DNA of 64,000 nucleotides. Source: an uncultured Gemmatimonadales bacterium (GTDB taxonomy: Bacteria; Gemmatimonadota; Gemmatimonadetes; Gemmatimonadales; GWC2-71-9). A program made the translations under genes and the position numbers. A model generated the notes under the pieces. It was given only the letters and a program-made list of their open reading frames with translations, ran no database searches and had not been told where the DNA came from. The stretch lies in NCBI GenBank assembly GCA_963730185.1, contig CAVSQW010000015.1, positions 160,001 through 224,000 of the forward strand, written 5' to 3'. The stretch's first letter is position 1; each line of letters begins with the position of its first letter. Positions 54,424 through 64,000 of this stretch are shown here, piece after piece.

Positions 54424-55237
54424 GGCTCCGCATTACAGCCCGACCGGGGCGAAGCACAAGGGCGGCTTCGCGCTGCCGGACGACTACTTCGACGGGACGG
54501 TCAACGAGCCGGTCTTGCACCAGGCGGTCAAGGCGTTCCTGGCCAACCAGCGGCAGGGCACCCACGCCACCAAGACCCGGGGGTTCGTCACCGGTGGCAA
54601 CCAGAAGCCCTGGCGCCAGAAGGGCACTGGCCGGGCCCGGCAGGGATCGATCCGGGCTCCGAATTGGCCGGGCGGTGGCACCGTGTTCGGCCCCCATCCT
54701 CGCGACTACCGCCAGGATCTGCCGAAGAAGGTCAAGCAGCTGGCTCGGCGCTCGGCGCTCAACGCCCGGGCGCGTGAGGGCTCGCTCTGGGTGATTGACG
54801 TCGTGGAGTTCGACGCTCCCAAGACGGCCCGGTTCGCCGAGCTGTTGGAGAAGATGGGACTCACCGGCAAGAAGGTCGTGGTGCTGACCCACGGCGCCAA
54901 GCCAAACGTGTATCTCAGCGCCCGGAACGTTCCCCGGGTCGAGGTGAAGCCGTACGCCGAGGTGTCGGCCTACGAGATCATCTGGTCGGACGCGCTGGTG
55001 GTGGAGCAGGGCGCGATCACCGGTGAGCCGGTGACGGGGCCCCCCGAGGGCGAGGCGCCGACCCCGAAGCGACCGGCCAAGAAGGCCGCCGCTCGGCCCA
55101 AGACGCCGGCCAAGCCGCGAGCCACCAAGCAGGCGGCGGCGAAGAAGGCCGCCGCGAAAAAGGCGCCCGCCAAGAAGGCGCCGGCCAAGAAGGCGGCCGC
55201 CAAGAAGGCCGCGCCCAAGAAGAAGGGGAGTGAGTGA
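54416..55237 (+). CDS. rplD: 50S ribosomal protein L4 with Lys/Ala-rich tail
   Basis: KPWRQKGTGRARQGS. Confidence 0.96.
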   Translation: MIEAPHYSPTGAKHKGGFALPDDYFDGTVNEPVLHQAVKAFLANQRQGTHATKTRGFVTGGNQKPWRQKGTGRARQGSIRAPNWPGGGTVFGPHPRDYRQDLPKKVKQLARRSALNARAREGSLWVIDVVEFDAPKTARFAELLEKMGLTGKKVVVLTHGAKPNVYLSARNVPRVEVKPYAEVSAYEIIWSDALVVEQGAITGEPVTGPPEGEAPTPKRPAKKAAARPKTPAKPRATKQAAAKKAAAKKAPAKKAPAKKAAAKKAAPKKKGSE

Positions 55238-55524
55238 TGCCGGCGCTCCAGGACATCGTGGTCAAGCCGTTGGTGACCGAGAAGAGCTCGGCGGCCTACC
55301 AGAACCGCAAGGAGTACGCGTTTCGGGTCCACCCGCTGGCGACCAAGCGGGACATCCGCGAGGCGCTTCACAAGCTGTTCGGGGTGACCGTGACCAAGGT
55401 TCGCACCCTCCAGGTGCGGCGCCAGGAGGTGACCCGGGGGCGGACCCGGGGGCGCTCCGCGGCCTGGAAGAAGGCGTTCGTGACTCTGAAGGACGGCGAC
55501 TCGATCGCCGTATTCGAGGGCTGA
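55237..55524 (+). CDS. rplW: 50S ribosomal protein L23
   Basis: [15 protein letters not shown]. Confidence 0.96.
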   Translation: MPALQDIVVKPLVTEKSSAAYQNRKEYAFRVHPLATKRDIREALHKLFGVTVTKVRTLQVRRQEVTRGRTRGRSAAWKKAFVTLKDGDSIAVFEG

Positions 55525-55525
55525 G

Positions 55526-56377
55526 ATGGCGATTCGACAGTATCGTCCGACCTCGGCGGGCACCCGGTTCCGGTCGGTGGCCAGCTTTGAGGAGATCACC
55601 CGGAACACGCCGGAGAAGTCGCTGCTCGAGCCACTTCGGAAGAGTGGCGGGCGGAACAACCAGGGCCATGTCACCACCCGAGCGCGGGGCGGCGGGCACC
55701 GGCGTCATTACCGGCTGGTGGACTTCCGCCGGGAGAAGTTCGGCATCCCGGCCCGGGTGGCGGAGATCGAATACGATCCGAACCGGAGCGCGCGAGTGGC
55801 GCTGCTGGTGTACGCCGACGGCGAGAAGCGCTACATCCTCCACCCGAACGGCTTGAAGCAGGGTGACACGGTGGTGTCCGGTCCCGGCGCCGATACCCGG
55901 CTCGGGAACGCCCTGCCGCTGAGCGAGATCCCCCTGGGCACCAACGTGCACAACGTGGAGCTCAAGATCGGCGGCGGTGGCCGGATGGCTCGGGCCGCCG
56001 GTCAGTACGCTCAGGTGATGGCGCGCGAGGGCAAGTACGTGACCCTCCGGCTCAAGTCGGGCGAGATGCGGATGGTGCACGCCCGGTGCCTGGCCACGGT
56101 CGGCGAGGTTGGGAACTCGGAGCACGAGCTCCAGAAGGTGGGCAAGGCGGGGAAGACGCGCTGGCTGGGGCGGCGCTCGAAGGTCCGGGGCGTGGCTAAG
56201 AACCCGGTCGACCACCCGCTGGGCGGCGGTGAGGGCAAGAGCTCGGGCGGGCGGCCGGCGTGCACGCCGTGGGGCAAGCCCGAGGGGATCAAGACGCGCC
56301 ATCGGAAGAAAGCGACCAACCGCCTGATCGTGCGGGGCCGCAAGCGCGGCAAGGCCACGGGCGGCGGGAACAAGTAG
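55526..56377 (+). CDS. rplB: 50S ribosomal protein L2
   Basis: [20 protein letters not shown]. Confidence 0.97.
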   Translation: MAIRQYRPTSAGTRFRSVASFEEITRNTPEKSLLEPLRKSGGRNNQGHVTTRARGGGHRRHYRLVDFRREKFGIPARVAEIEYDPNRSARVALLVYADGEKRYILHPNGLKQGDTVVSGPGADTRLGNALPLSEIPLGTNVHNVELKIGGGGRMARAAGQYAQVMAREGKYVTLRLKSGEMRMVHARCLATVGEVGNSEHELQKVGKAGKTRWLGRRSKVRGVAKNPVDHPLGGGEGKSSGGRPACTPWGKPEGIKTRHRKKATNRLIVRGRKRGKATGGGNK

Positions 56378-56413
56378 CGTCGATTACGAGTCACCGACGA
56401 CGGACGAGCTGAC

Positions 56414-56704
56414 ATGGGTCGAAGCATCAAGAAGGGACCGTTCGTTCAAGAGGCTCTGCTCCGCAAGGTGCAGGTCCTGAACGGCAAGAACCAGAAGCAG
56501 GTCGTGAAGACCTGGAGCCGGGCCAGCACGATCCTGCCCGAGTTCGTGGGCCACACGTTCGCGGTGCACAACGGCAACAAGTTCGTGCCGGTGTACGTGA
56601 CCGAGAACATGGTGGGCCACAAGCTGGGTGAGTTCTCGCCGACCCGGATCTTCAAGGGCCACAGCGGCAAGCTGGTGGCCGACAAGAAGGGCAAGCCGGA
56701 GTGA
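56414..56704 (+). CDS. rpsS: 30S ribosomal protein S19
   Basis: [20 protein letters not shown]. Confidence 0.97.
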   Translation: MGRSIKKGPFVQEALLRKVQVLNGKNQKQVVKTWSRASTILPEFVGHTFAVHNGNKFVPVYVTENMVGHKLGEFSPTRIFKGHSGKLVADKKGKPE

Positions 56705-56706
56705 CC

Positions 56707-57075
56707 ATGGCCGAGGGACACGCAATTCAACGCTACGTCCGGCAGTCGCCGCGGAAGATGCGGCTCGTGATCGATTTGATCCGGGGCCTGGACGTCAACG
56801 AGGCGATCGCGATCCTCAAGTTCAACAAGCGGATCGCGGCGCGGCAGATCGCGAAGACGCTGAAGAGCGCGGTGTCGAACGCGGAGCAGAAGGCGCTCCT
56901 GGAAAACGAGCGGTTCGACGCGGACGAGCTGGTGGTGTCGAAGGCGATCATCAACGGCGGGACCCCGCTCCGGCGGATTCAGGCGGCGGCGCAGGGACGG
57001 GCCACGCCGATCCGGAAGCGGACCAGTCACGTGGAAATCCACGTGCGCAGCAAGTCGACCAAGGAGAAGGCCTGA
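56707..57075 (+). CDS. rplV: 50S ribosomal protein L22
   Basis: [19 protein letters not shown]. Confidence 0.96.
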   Translation: MAEGHAIQRYVRQSPRKMRLVIDLIRGLDVNEAIAILKFNKRIAARQIAKTLKSAVSNAEQKALLENERFDADELVVSKAIINGGTPLRRIQAAAQGRATPIRKRTSHVEIHVRSKSTKEKA

Positions 57076-57734
57076 TGGGTCAGAAGACCAATCCGGTGGG
57101 ATTCCGGCTGGGCATCGTCAAGCCGTGGCTCTCCCGCTGGTACGCGGGGAAGGAGATGCCGGCCCTCCTCAAGGAGGACGAGCTGATCCGGAAGTACCTG
57201 TCGACCCGGCTGGGCCATGCGGCGATCGCCGAGATCCACATCGAGCGGCGGCCGGGCAAGGTCACGGTGACCATCCATACCGGGCGACCGGGCGTGGTGA
57301 TCGGGAAGAAGGGCGCCGAGGTGGACAAGCTCCGCGACGAGCTGGCCCAGCTGACCGGCAAGGATGCGGCGATCAACGTCGAGGAGATCAAGCGGCCGGA
57401 GACGTCGGCGCAGCTGGTCGGCGACAACATCGCCCATCAGATCGTCCAGCGGATCTCGTTCCGCCGGGCGATGAAGCGGGCGGTGCAGTCGGCCATGCGG
57501 ATGGGCGCCCAGGGCATCAAGGTGCGCGTCTCGGGGCGGCTCGGCGGGGCCGAGATCGCGCGGACCGAGGGGTATCACGAGGGGCGGGTGCCGCTCCACA
57601 CCCTTCGGGCCGACATCGACTACGCCACGAGCACCGCGAAGACCACCTACGGCACCGTGGGGGTGAAGGTCTGGATCTTCCGGGGTGAGGTCGTCGAGGA
57701 CGTCGGCGGCCGCACCTACAGCACGGGGAGCTGA
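57075..57734 (+). CDS. rpsC: 30S ribosomal protein S3
   Basis: [27 protein letters not shown]. Confidence 0.97.
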   Translation: MGQKTNPVGFRLGIVKPWLSRWYAGKEMPALLKEDELIRKYLSTRLGHAAIAEIHIERRPGKVTVTIHTGRPGVVIGKKGAEVDKLRDELAQLTGKDAAINVEEIKRPETSAQLVGDNIAHQIVQRISFRRAMKRAVQSAMRMGAQGIKVRVSGRLGGAEIARTEGYHEGRVPLHTLRADIDYATSTAKTTYGTVGVKVWIFRGEVVEDVGGRTYSTGS

Positions 57735-57737
57735 GGG

Positions 57738-58151
57738 ATGCTGGCACCAAAGCGGATCAAGTTCCGGAAGCAGTTCAAGGGGCGGACCCGGGGTACGGCC
57801 CATCGGGGCAGCACGGTCGCGTTCGGGGAGTACGGCCTGGCGGCGATGGAGCCGGGCTGGATCACCAACCGGCAGATCGAGGCCTCGCGGGTCGCGATCA
57901 CCCGGGCCATGAAGCGGGGCGGCAAGCTCTGGATCCGGATCTTCCCGGACAAGCCAGTCACCAAGAAGCCGGCCGAGACTCGGATGGGCAGTGGCAAGGG
58001 TAACCCGGAAGGGTGGGTCGCGGTGGTCAAGCCGGCCCGGCTGATCTTCGAGATCGAGGGCGTGCCGGAGGAGGTGGCGCGGGCGGCGTTCTCGCTGGCC
58101 TCGGCCAAGCTGCCGGTCAAGACGCGCTTCGTGAAGCGCGAGGAGGGCTGA
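57738..58151 (+). CDS. rplP: 50S ribosomal protein L16
   Basis: [12 protein letters not shown]. Confidence 0.97.
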   Translation: MLAPKRIKFRKQFKGRTRGTAHRGSTVAFGEYGLAAMEPGWITNRQIEASRVAITRAMKRGGKLWIRIFPDKPVTKKPAETRMGSGKGNPEGWVAVVKPARLIFEIEGVPEEVARAAFSLASAKLPVKTRFVKREEG

Positions 58152-58154
58152 GCG

Positions 58155-58358
58155 ATGAAGTCCCTCAAGGCGAGCGACCTGGCCGATTTGACGGTCGAGG
58201 AGCTCCAGGCCAAGCTGGCGGAGCTCCGGGAAGACCAGTTCCGGCTCCGGTTCCGCTCGGCGACCGAGGCGATCGACAATCCGCTCCAGTTCCGGACCCG
58301 GCGGCGGGACATCGCCCGGGTGCTGACGGTGCTCAAGCAGAGGGAACAGGCGCAGTGA
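58155..58358 (+). CDS. rpmC: 50S ribosomal protein L29
   Basis: RRDIARVLT motif, synteny. Confidence 0.95.
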   Translation: MKSLKASDLADLTVEELQAKLAELREDQFRLRFRSATEAIDNPLQFRTRRRDIARVLTVLKQREQAQ

Positions 58359-58395
58359 GCCGCGGGGCCCCGATGCGGCCCGGGAGAGAGTAGCG

Positions 58396-58671
58396 ATGAC
58401 GGACGAGACGACGACGACCACCGACCGGACCCGGCGGAAGACCCGGACCGGGGTGGTGACCAGCGACAAGATGACCGGGACGGTCACGGTCCTGCTGACC
58501 CGGCGGATGGCGCATCCGATCTACGGGAAGCGGATCACCCGGGAGAAGAAGATCAAGGCCCGGAACGGCCAGGACGCCCGGATGGGCGATCTGGTGCGGG
58601 TCATGGAGACTCGGCCGCTCGCCAAGACGGTTCGCTGGCGGGTGACGGAGATCATCGAACGAGCGAAGTAG
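58396..58671 (+). CDS. rpsQ: 30S ribosomal protein S17
   Basis: [22 protein letters not shown]. Confidence 0.96.
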   Translation: MTDETTTTTDRTRRKTRTGVVTSDKMTGTVTVLLTRRMAHPIYGKRITREKKIKARNGQDARMGDLVRVMETRPLAKTVRWRVTEIIERAK

Positions 58672-58692
58672 GCTCTCGCGGAGAGTGGACCG

Positions 58693-59061
58693 ATGGTTCA
58701 GCAAGAGACGATCGTCCGAATCGCGGATAACAGCGGCGCCCGCAAGGCGCTCGTGATCCGCGTGCTCGGCGGTTCCAAACGGCGGTACGCGGGCCTCGGC
58801 GACGTGGTGATCGTCGCGATCAAGGACGCCATTCCGACCGGTCAGGTGAAGAAGGGCGACGTGGCCCGGGCGGTACTGGTCCGGACGGCCAAGGAGACCC
58901 GTCGCCGAGACGGCTCGTACATCCGCTTCGACGACAACGCCGCGGTGCTCATCAGCGACACCGGCGAGCCGCGAGCCACCCGGATCTTCGGCCCCGTGGC
59001 CCGGGAGCTCCGTGAGAAGCGTTACATGAAGATCGTGTCGCTGGCGCCGGAGGTGATCTGA
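58693..59061 (+). CDS. rplN: 50S ribosomal protein L14
   Basis: [17 protein letters not shown]. Confidence 0.97.
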   Translation: MVQQETIVRIADNSGARKALVIRVLGGSKRRYAGLGDVVIVAIKDAIPTGQVKKGDVARAVLVRTAKETRRRDGSYIRFDDNAAVLISDTGEPRATRIFGPVARELREKRYMKIVSLAPEVI

Positions 59062-59062
59062 C

Positions 59063-59446
59063 ATGCGTCGACTGGTTCATCGGAAAGCCCGCCGGGTCCG
59101 GCAGAAGCCGGTGGTCCGGGTGGCGATGCCCGTCACCAAGGGCGACACCGTCCAGGTGATCGCGGGTGAGTTCGCCGGGCAGCGGGCCCGGGTGCTCCGG
59201 GTCCACCTCAAGACGGGCCGGGTCACGCTCGAGGGCGTGAACCTCATCAAGAAGCACCTTCGGGCCCAGCAGGCCGGAGGCGAGTCGGGCATCATCGAGC
59301 GTCCGGCGCCGATCCATCACTCCAACGTGATGTTGATCGATCCCAAGAGTAGCGAGCCCACCCGGGTCCGTCGCCGGCAGAACAAGGACGGGACCGTGGA
59401 GCGGATCGCGGTGAAGTCGGGCCAGTCGATCCCGAGGAGTCGGTAA
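59063..59446 (+). CDS. rplX: 50S ribosomal protein L24
   Basis: [18 protein letters not shown]. Confidence 0.95.
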   Translation: MRRLVHRKARRVRQKPVVRVAMPVTKGDTVQVIAGEFAGQRARVLRVHLKTGRVTLEGVNLIKKHLRAQQAGGESGIIERPAPIHHSNVMLIDPKSSEPTRVRRRQNKDGTVERIAVKSGQSIPRSR

Positions 59447-59448
59447 CG

Positions 59449-60138
59449 ATGGCTGAGGCGAAGAAGGGCAAGGGGCCCGCCAAGGGCGGGGCGCCCGCGA
59501 AGGGCAAGGGGAAGGGTGACAAGGGCAAGGGGCCCTCGGGTGCCGATCCGGCCCCGAAGGCGTCCGAAGGGACGCCCCGGCTCCAGACCCACTACCAGAC
59601 CACGGTCCGGGAGCGGCTGGTGAAGCAGTTCGGGCTCACCAACCCGCATCAGATCCCTCGGTTGGTCAAGGTGGTGCTCAACGTGGGCGTGGGCGAGGCG
59701 AGCAAGAACCCGAAGAGCCTCGACGCCGTGATCGATGAGATGACGGTGATCTCGGGGCAGCGGCCGGTGGTCACCCGGGCCAAGAAGGCGATTTCGAACT
59801 TCGGGCTGCGGGCCGGCGTGCCGGTGGGCGTGATGGTGACGCTTCGGGGCGCCCGGATGTACGAGTTCCTGGACCGGTTCATCGCCCTGGCGGTGCCGCG
59901 GACCCGTGATTTCCGGGGGCTCCCCAGCCGGAGCTTCGATGGACGGGGCAACTACTCGTTCGGGATCAAGGAGCAGCTGATCTTCCCGGAGATCGACTAC
60001 GACAAGGTCGAGAAGATCCACGGGATGGACATCACGATCGTCACCAGCGCCGAGCGGGACGACCTCGCGCTCGCGCTGCTCAGGGAGTTCGGTTGGCCGT
60101 TCCGGGGCGAGACCCCGCAGCGGATCATGGCGGCGTAA
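59449..60138 (+). CDS. rplE: 50S ribosomal protein L5
   Basis: [21 protein letters not shown]. Confidence 0.97.
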   Translation: MAEAKKGKGPAKGGAPAKGKGKGDKGKGPSGADPAPKASEGTPRLQTHYQTTVRERLVKQFGLTNPHQIPRLVKVVLNVGVGEASKNPKSLDAVIDEMTVISGQRPVVTRAKKAISNFGLRAGVPVGVMVTLRGARMYEFLDRFIALAVPRTRDFRGLPSRSFDGRGNYSFGIKEQLIFPEIDYDKVEKIHGMDITIVTSAERDDLALALLREFGWPFRGETPQRIMAA

Positions 60139-60156
60139 GGAGCGGGACGAGAGGCT

Positions 60157-60342
60157 ATGGCCAAGACCTGTTGGATCGAGCGCGCCAAGCGGGCGCCCAA
60201 GTTCAAGTCGCGGGTGGTGCGGCGCTGTCAGCGGTGTGGTCGGTCGCGGGCGGTGCTGCGGAAGTTCGGTCTCTGCCGGATCTGTTTCCGGGACCTGGCG
60301 CTTCGCGGGCATCTGCCCGGCGTCCGCAAGGCGAGCTGGTAA
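60157..60342 (+). CDS. rpsN: 30S ribosomal protein S14 (zinc-binding type Z)
   Basis: CQRC...CRIC, 61 aa, ends KASW. Confidence 0.96.
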   Translation: MAKTCWIERAKRAPKFKSRVVRRCQRCGRSRAVLRKFGLCRICFRDLALRGHLPGVRKASW

Positions 60343-60357
60343 GGGGAAGGATCGACC

Positions 60358-60753
60358 ATGAGCATGACAGATCCCGTCGCGGATATGCTGACCCGGATCC
60401 GCAACGCGTGTGCGGCGGGCCACAAGCGGGTGGACCTTCCGAGCTCCAAGCTGAAAACGGAGCTCGCCCGGATCCTCCAGGATCACCATTACATCGCCGA
60501 CTATCGGGTGGTGGAGGGGGCGGGCCGGGAGGTGCTCCGGCTCACGCTCCGCTACTACCAGGATCGGCCGGTGATCCGGGAGCTCAAACGGGTGTCCAGC
60601 CCAGGCCTCCGGCGCTACGTGAAATGCCGCGAGCTGCCGCGAGTGAAGAACGGCCTTGGCATCGCGATCGTGTCGACCCCACGGGGGCTGATGAGCGATC
60701 GCGACGCCCGGGCTCAGAATCTGGGCGGCGAGCTCCTCGCCGTCGTCTGGTAG
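60358..60753 (+). CDS. rpsH: 30S ribosomal protein S8
   Basis: DPVADMLTRIRN, SSPGLRRY. Confidence 0.97.
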   Translation: MSMTDPVADMLTRIRNACAAGHKRVDLPSSKLKTELARILQDHHYIADYRVVEGAGREVLRLTLRYYQDRPVIRELKRVSSPGLRRYVKCRELPRVKNGLGIAIVSTPRGLMSDRDARAQNLGGELLAVVW

Positions 60754-60761
60754 GAGGCGCC

Positions 60762-61301
60762 GTGTCGCGAATCGGCAAGCATCCGGTCCCCGTCCCCAAG
60801 GGCGTGACCGTCGAGATCGCCGGGAGCCGGATCGTCGTGAAGGGTCCCAAGGGCCAGCTGGAGCGGGCGCTCCACCCGTCGATGAAGGTGGCGATGGTGG
60901 ACGGCCAGGTGTCGGTCCAGCGGCCCGACGATCAGGAGCGGCACAAGGCGCTCCACGGGCTCTCCCGGACCCTGGTAGCCAACATGGTCGAAGGCGTCGC
61001 GACCGGGTTCGAGCGGGTGCTCGAGATCCAGGGCGTGGGGTACCGGGCGGAGGCCAAGGGCAAGGCCCTGACGCTGGTGGTAGGGCTGTCGCACCCGGTG
61101 ACGATCCAGGCGCCCGACAGCGTCACGCTGACGGTGGAGAACAACACGATCGTGAAGGTCGCCGGCCCCAACAAGGAGCTCGTGGGGCAGGTCGCGGCCG
61201 AGATCCGGTCGATCCGGCCGCCCGAGCCCTACAAGGGCAAGGGGATCCGGTATCAGGGTGAGCGGGTCCGGCGTAAGGCCGGCAAGACAGGAGCGAAGTA
61301 A
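60762..61301 (+). CDS. rplF: 50S ribosomal protein L6
   Basis: GTG 60762 after [25 protein letters not shown]. Confidence 0.96.
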   Translation: MSRIGKHPVPVPKGVTVEIAGSRIVVKGPKGQLERALHPSMKVAMVDGQVSVQRPDDQERHKALHGLSRTLVANMVEGVATGFERVLEIQGVGYRAEAKGKALTLVVGLSHPVTIQAPDSVTLTVENNTIVKVAGPNKELVGQVAAEIRSIRPPEPYKGKGIRYQGERVRRKAGKTGAK

Positions 61302-61672
61302 TGCGCGCCATTCACGCGCCCAAGACGCGGACCCAGCTGCGCTATCGGCGCCATCTCCGGGTCCGGAAGAAGGTGGCCGGGACCGCCGAGCGGCCCCGCC
61401 TGGTGGTGTTCCGCTCCCTCAAGCACGTCTACGCTCAGCTGGTCGACGACGATCGGGGTGTGGTGTTGATGGGGGTGAGCGACCGGAGCAAGGGCGTCGC
61501 GATCGAAGGCACCGGCAAGGTGGCCAAAGCGGCGGCGACCGGCAAGCTGCTGGCGGAGCGGGCCAAGGCGGCCGGGCTGGCCAAAGTGGTCTTCGACCGG
61601 GCGGGTTATCGGTATCACGGGCGGGTCAAGGCGGTCGCCGACGGCGCCCGCGCTGGCGGATTGGAGTTCTGA
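61301..61672 (+). CDS. rplR: 50S ribosomal protein L18
   Basis: [28 protein letters not shown]. Confidence 0.97.
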   Translation: MRAIHAPKTRTQLRYRRHLRVRKKVAGTAERPRLVVFRSLKHVYAQLVDDDRGVVLMGVSDRSKGVAIEGTGKVAKAAATGKLLAERAKAAGLAKVVFDRAGYRYHGRVKAVADGARAGGLEF

Positions 61673-61673
61673 G

Positions 61674-62297
61674 ATGACGGGACCGGGCGATTCGAATCAG
61701 GCGACGCAGTCGGGGCCGGGTGGCCAGCAGCGGGGGCGTCGGGGCGGCCGCGGTGATCGCGGGCGTCGCGGCGACGGCCCCCGCCGGGACCGCGACTCGT
61801 CGAGCGAGTTCATCGAGAAGGTGGTGGAGATCAACCGCGTCGCCAAGGTGGTGAAGGGCGGTCGGCGGTTCTCGTTCAACGCCCTGGTGGCGGTCGGCGA
61901 CGGCAAGGGCCGGGTCGGCATCGCCATGGGCAAGGCGAACGAGGTCTCGGAAGCGGTGCGGAAGGCGGTCGAGGCTGCCAAGCGGGGGATGGTGGAGGTG
62001 CCCCGGACCGGGACGACGATCCCGCACGAGGTGCAGGGCCGGCACGGCGCCGGCGTCGTGATGCTCAAGCCGGCGGCCACCGGGACCGGGGTGATCGCCG
62101 GCGGCGCGGTGCGGGCGGTGCTCGAGTGCGCCGGCGTCACCGACATCCTGACCAAGAGCCTGGGCTCGACCAATCCTCACAACATGGTCCGCGCCACCAT
62201 GCAGGGGCTCAAAGACCTGGTGTCGGTCGCGCAGGTGGCGCGGGAGCGGGGCGTCGAGGTGGACTCCCTCCCCTACCGGCCACGGCAGGAGGGCTGA
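61674..62297 (+). CDS. rpsE: 30S ribosomal protein S5
   Basis: [22 protein letters not shown]. Confidence 0.97.
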   Translation: MTGPGDSNQATQSGPGGQQRGRRGGRGDRGRRGDGPRRDRDSSSEFIEKVVEINRVAKVVKGGRRFSFNALVAVGDGKGRVGIAMGKANEVSEAVRKAVEAAKRGMVEVPRTGTTIPHEVQGRHGAGVVMLKPAATGTGVIAGGAVRAVLECAGVTDILTKSLGSTNPHNMVRATMQGLKDLVSVAQVARERGVEVDSLPYRPRQEG

Positions 62298-62300
62298 GCG

Positions 62301-62561
62301 ATGGGACGGAATCCAGTCGTAGGTCGGCAGGGGCCGGCCTATCATGCGGCCACGGTGCCCTCCGAGCAGGAGGCGGCCCGAATTCGGGTCCGCCAGATCC
62401 GGTCGACGATCGGGCACCCCGACACCATGCGCCGCACGCTCGCGGCGCTAGGGCTTCACAAGCATCAGGCGACCGTCGAGCTCCCGAACAACGCCTCCGT
62501 GCGCGGCATGCTGTTCAAGGTGCGGCACATGGTAGTGGTGGAGCCGGCGGGGGCTGAGTAG
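62301..62561 (+). CDS. rpmD: 50S ribosomal protein L30
   Basis: QIRSTIG...LAALGL...VRGMLFKVRHMV, synteny. Confidence 0.92.
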   Translation: MGRNPVVGRQGPAYHAATVPSEQEAARIRVRQIRSTIGHPDTMRRTLAALGLHKHQATVELPNNASVRGMLFKVRHMVVVEPAGAE

Positions 62562-62598
62562 ACGGGCAGGCCCCGTCCACGAAAGGACTCGCAGCACC

Positions 62599-63048
62599 AT
62601 GACCGACAAGATCATCACCCTCTCCAACCTCAAGCCGGCGCCCGGCAGCAACGTGGCCCGTCGTCGGGTCGGGCGCGGACCGGGGAGCGGCCTGGGCAAG
62701 ACCTCCGGCAAGGGCCACAAGGGCCACAAGGCCCGGGCCGGTGGCTCCACCAATCCGGGCTTCGAAGGCGGGCAGATGCCGATGTACCGGCGACTGCCCA
62801 AGCGCGGCTTTACCAACCCGTTCCGGGTCGCGGCGCAGGTGGTGAACCTGAAACAGCTCGAGAGGGTGACCGGTGACGAGCTGACCCCGGAGACGCTGGC
62901 GGCGGCCGGACTGGTGAAGAAGGCCGACGTGCCCGTCAAACTCCTCGCGATGGGCGAGCCGGGGCGGGCGTTTACGGTTCGTGGCCTCGCGGTGTCGGCC
63001 GCCGCGAAGGCCAAGATCGAGGCGGCAGGCGGCAAAGTCGAGGCGTAA
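62599..63048 (+). CDS. rplO: 50S ribosomal protein L15
   Basis: GRGPGSGLGKTSG, FEGGQMP. Confidence 0.97.
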   Translation: MTDKIITLSNLKPAPGSNVARRRVGRGPGSGLGKTSGKGHKGHKARAGGSTNPGFEGGQMPMYRRLPKRGFTNPFRVAAQVVNLKQLERVTGDELTPETLAAAGLVKKADVPVKLLAMGEPGRAFTVRGLAVSAAAKAKIEAAGGKVEA

Positions 63049-63050
63049 CG

Positions 63051-64000
63051 GTGACCAGTCCCAAGGCGCAGATGGCCAATCTGGGCATCGACGAGGAGCT
63101 CAAGCGCAAGCTGCTCTTCACGGTGCTCGCCGTGTTCATCTACCGGCTCGGCGCCCACATCGCCGCGCCGGGGGTGAACGTGGTGGCGCTCCAGGCGTTC
63201 ATCAACCAGAACGCCGGCGCCAATACGTTCTTCCAGCTGTACGATACGCTCGGGGGCGGTCTTTACCGGGCGACGGTGTTCGCGCTGGGCATCATGCCCT
63301 ACATCTCGGCTTCGATCATCTTCCAGCTCGTCGGCGGGATCTTCCCGACCGTGAGCAAGATGCAGAAGGACGAGGAGGGGCGGAAGAAGCTCACGCAGTG
63401 GACCCGCTACATGACCATCTTCATCTCGCTGTCGCAGGCGTACACCTTCACCTTGTTCACGGAGTCGATTCCGGGCGCCATCCCGAATCCCGGCTTCGTG
63501 ACCCGGTTGACGATGGTGTTCACGCTCACGATCGGCGCGATCTTCGTCATGTGGCTGGGCGAGCAGATCACCGAGCGGGGGATCGGCAACGGTATGAGCT
63601 TGCTGATCGCGGTGTCGATCATCGAACGGCTCTGGCCGGGCACCTTCAACCTGGTCACGCTCTGGCGGACCGGGGCGCTGTCCTTGGGCGGCGTGGTCGT
63701 GGTGGTGGCCTCGGGCGTCGCCGCGGTGGCCGCGGTGGTCGGGATGACGATCGCCGCGCGCCGGATCCCCATCCAGATCCCCCGCAAGGTCATGGGACGG
63801 GGCCGGATCCGCGAAGGCCAGAAGACCTTCATCCCGATCCGGCTGATCACCGCCGGCGTGATGCCCATCGTGTTCGCGCAGACCATCATCATCATGCCGA
63901 GCACGATCGCCAACTTCACCCGGAACCAGGCGCTGACCGACATCGCCAACTACTTCACCCCGGGTGATTGGCCCTACGACGTCATCTTCTCGGTGATGAT
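63051..64000 (+). CDS. secY: Preprotein translocase SecY (runs off window end)
   Basis: Manual translation from GTG 63051: KRKLLFT..YRLGAHI, FALGIMPYISASII, WLGEQITERGIGNG, AGVMPIVFA. Confidence 0.95.
   Translation, partial: MTSPKAQMANLGIDEELKRKLLFTVLAVFIYRLGAHIAAPGVNVVALQAFINQNAGANTFFQLYDTLGGGLYRATVFALGIMPYISASIIFQLVGGIFPTVSKMQKDEEGRKKLTQWTRYMTIFISLSQAYTFTLFTESIPGAIPNPGFVTRLTMVFTLTIGAIFVMWLGEQITERGIGNGMSLLIAVSIIERLWPGTFNLVTLWRTGALSLGGVVVVVASGVAAVAAVVGMTIAARRIPIQIPRKVMGRGRIREGQKTFIPIRLITAGVMPIVFAQTIIIMPSTIANFTRNQALTDIANYFTPGDWPYDVIFSVM

Overview
High-GC bacterial chromosome segment, most likely Gemmatimonadota (inferred from EF-Tu, RpoC and r-protein extensions and a PadR/ADOP permease pair). 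Order: (1) 1-9.5 kb: TolC-MFP-RND efflux operon with PII-like, DUF2892 and TrxC genes, then a beta-barrel, mscS and cysS. (2) 9.5-22.3 kb: a stress/dormancy-type cluster (3 tandem-domain USPs, PCMT-like/erythromycin-esterase fusion, PRTase, alpha/beta hydrolase, CBS protein, glgA, DUF5661, HPF-CSD, ppsA). (3) tRNA-Thr/Tyr/Gly/Thr, tuf, rpmG, secE, nusG, rplKAJL, rpoBC. (4) About 12 kb of accessory genes including aceK. (5) rpsL-rpsG-fusA-tuf and the S10/spc r-protein genes to secY (truncated). Main finding: ten promoter-like sites in the stress cluster share one architecture, 3-4 direct repeats of a (C/G)TTCA-like pentamer at ~11-bp period followed 11-12 nt later by a -10-like hexamer. Two of these sites point at no credible ORF and instead precede two tandem, structured, hairpin-ended candidate small RNAs in the glgA-USP gap. 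Also notable are a separately promoted, structured fusA leader with a terminator-like hairpin and strong G-ending codon bias confined to the two near-identical tuf copies. Six single-base frameshifts (ppsA, both tuf copies, nusG, rplK, fusA) look like sequencing or assembly errors. All product calls come from recognising protein motifs by eye; no database search was run.
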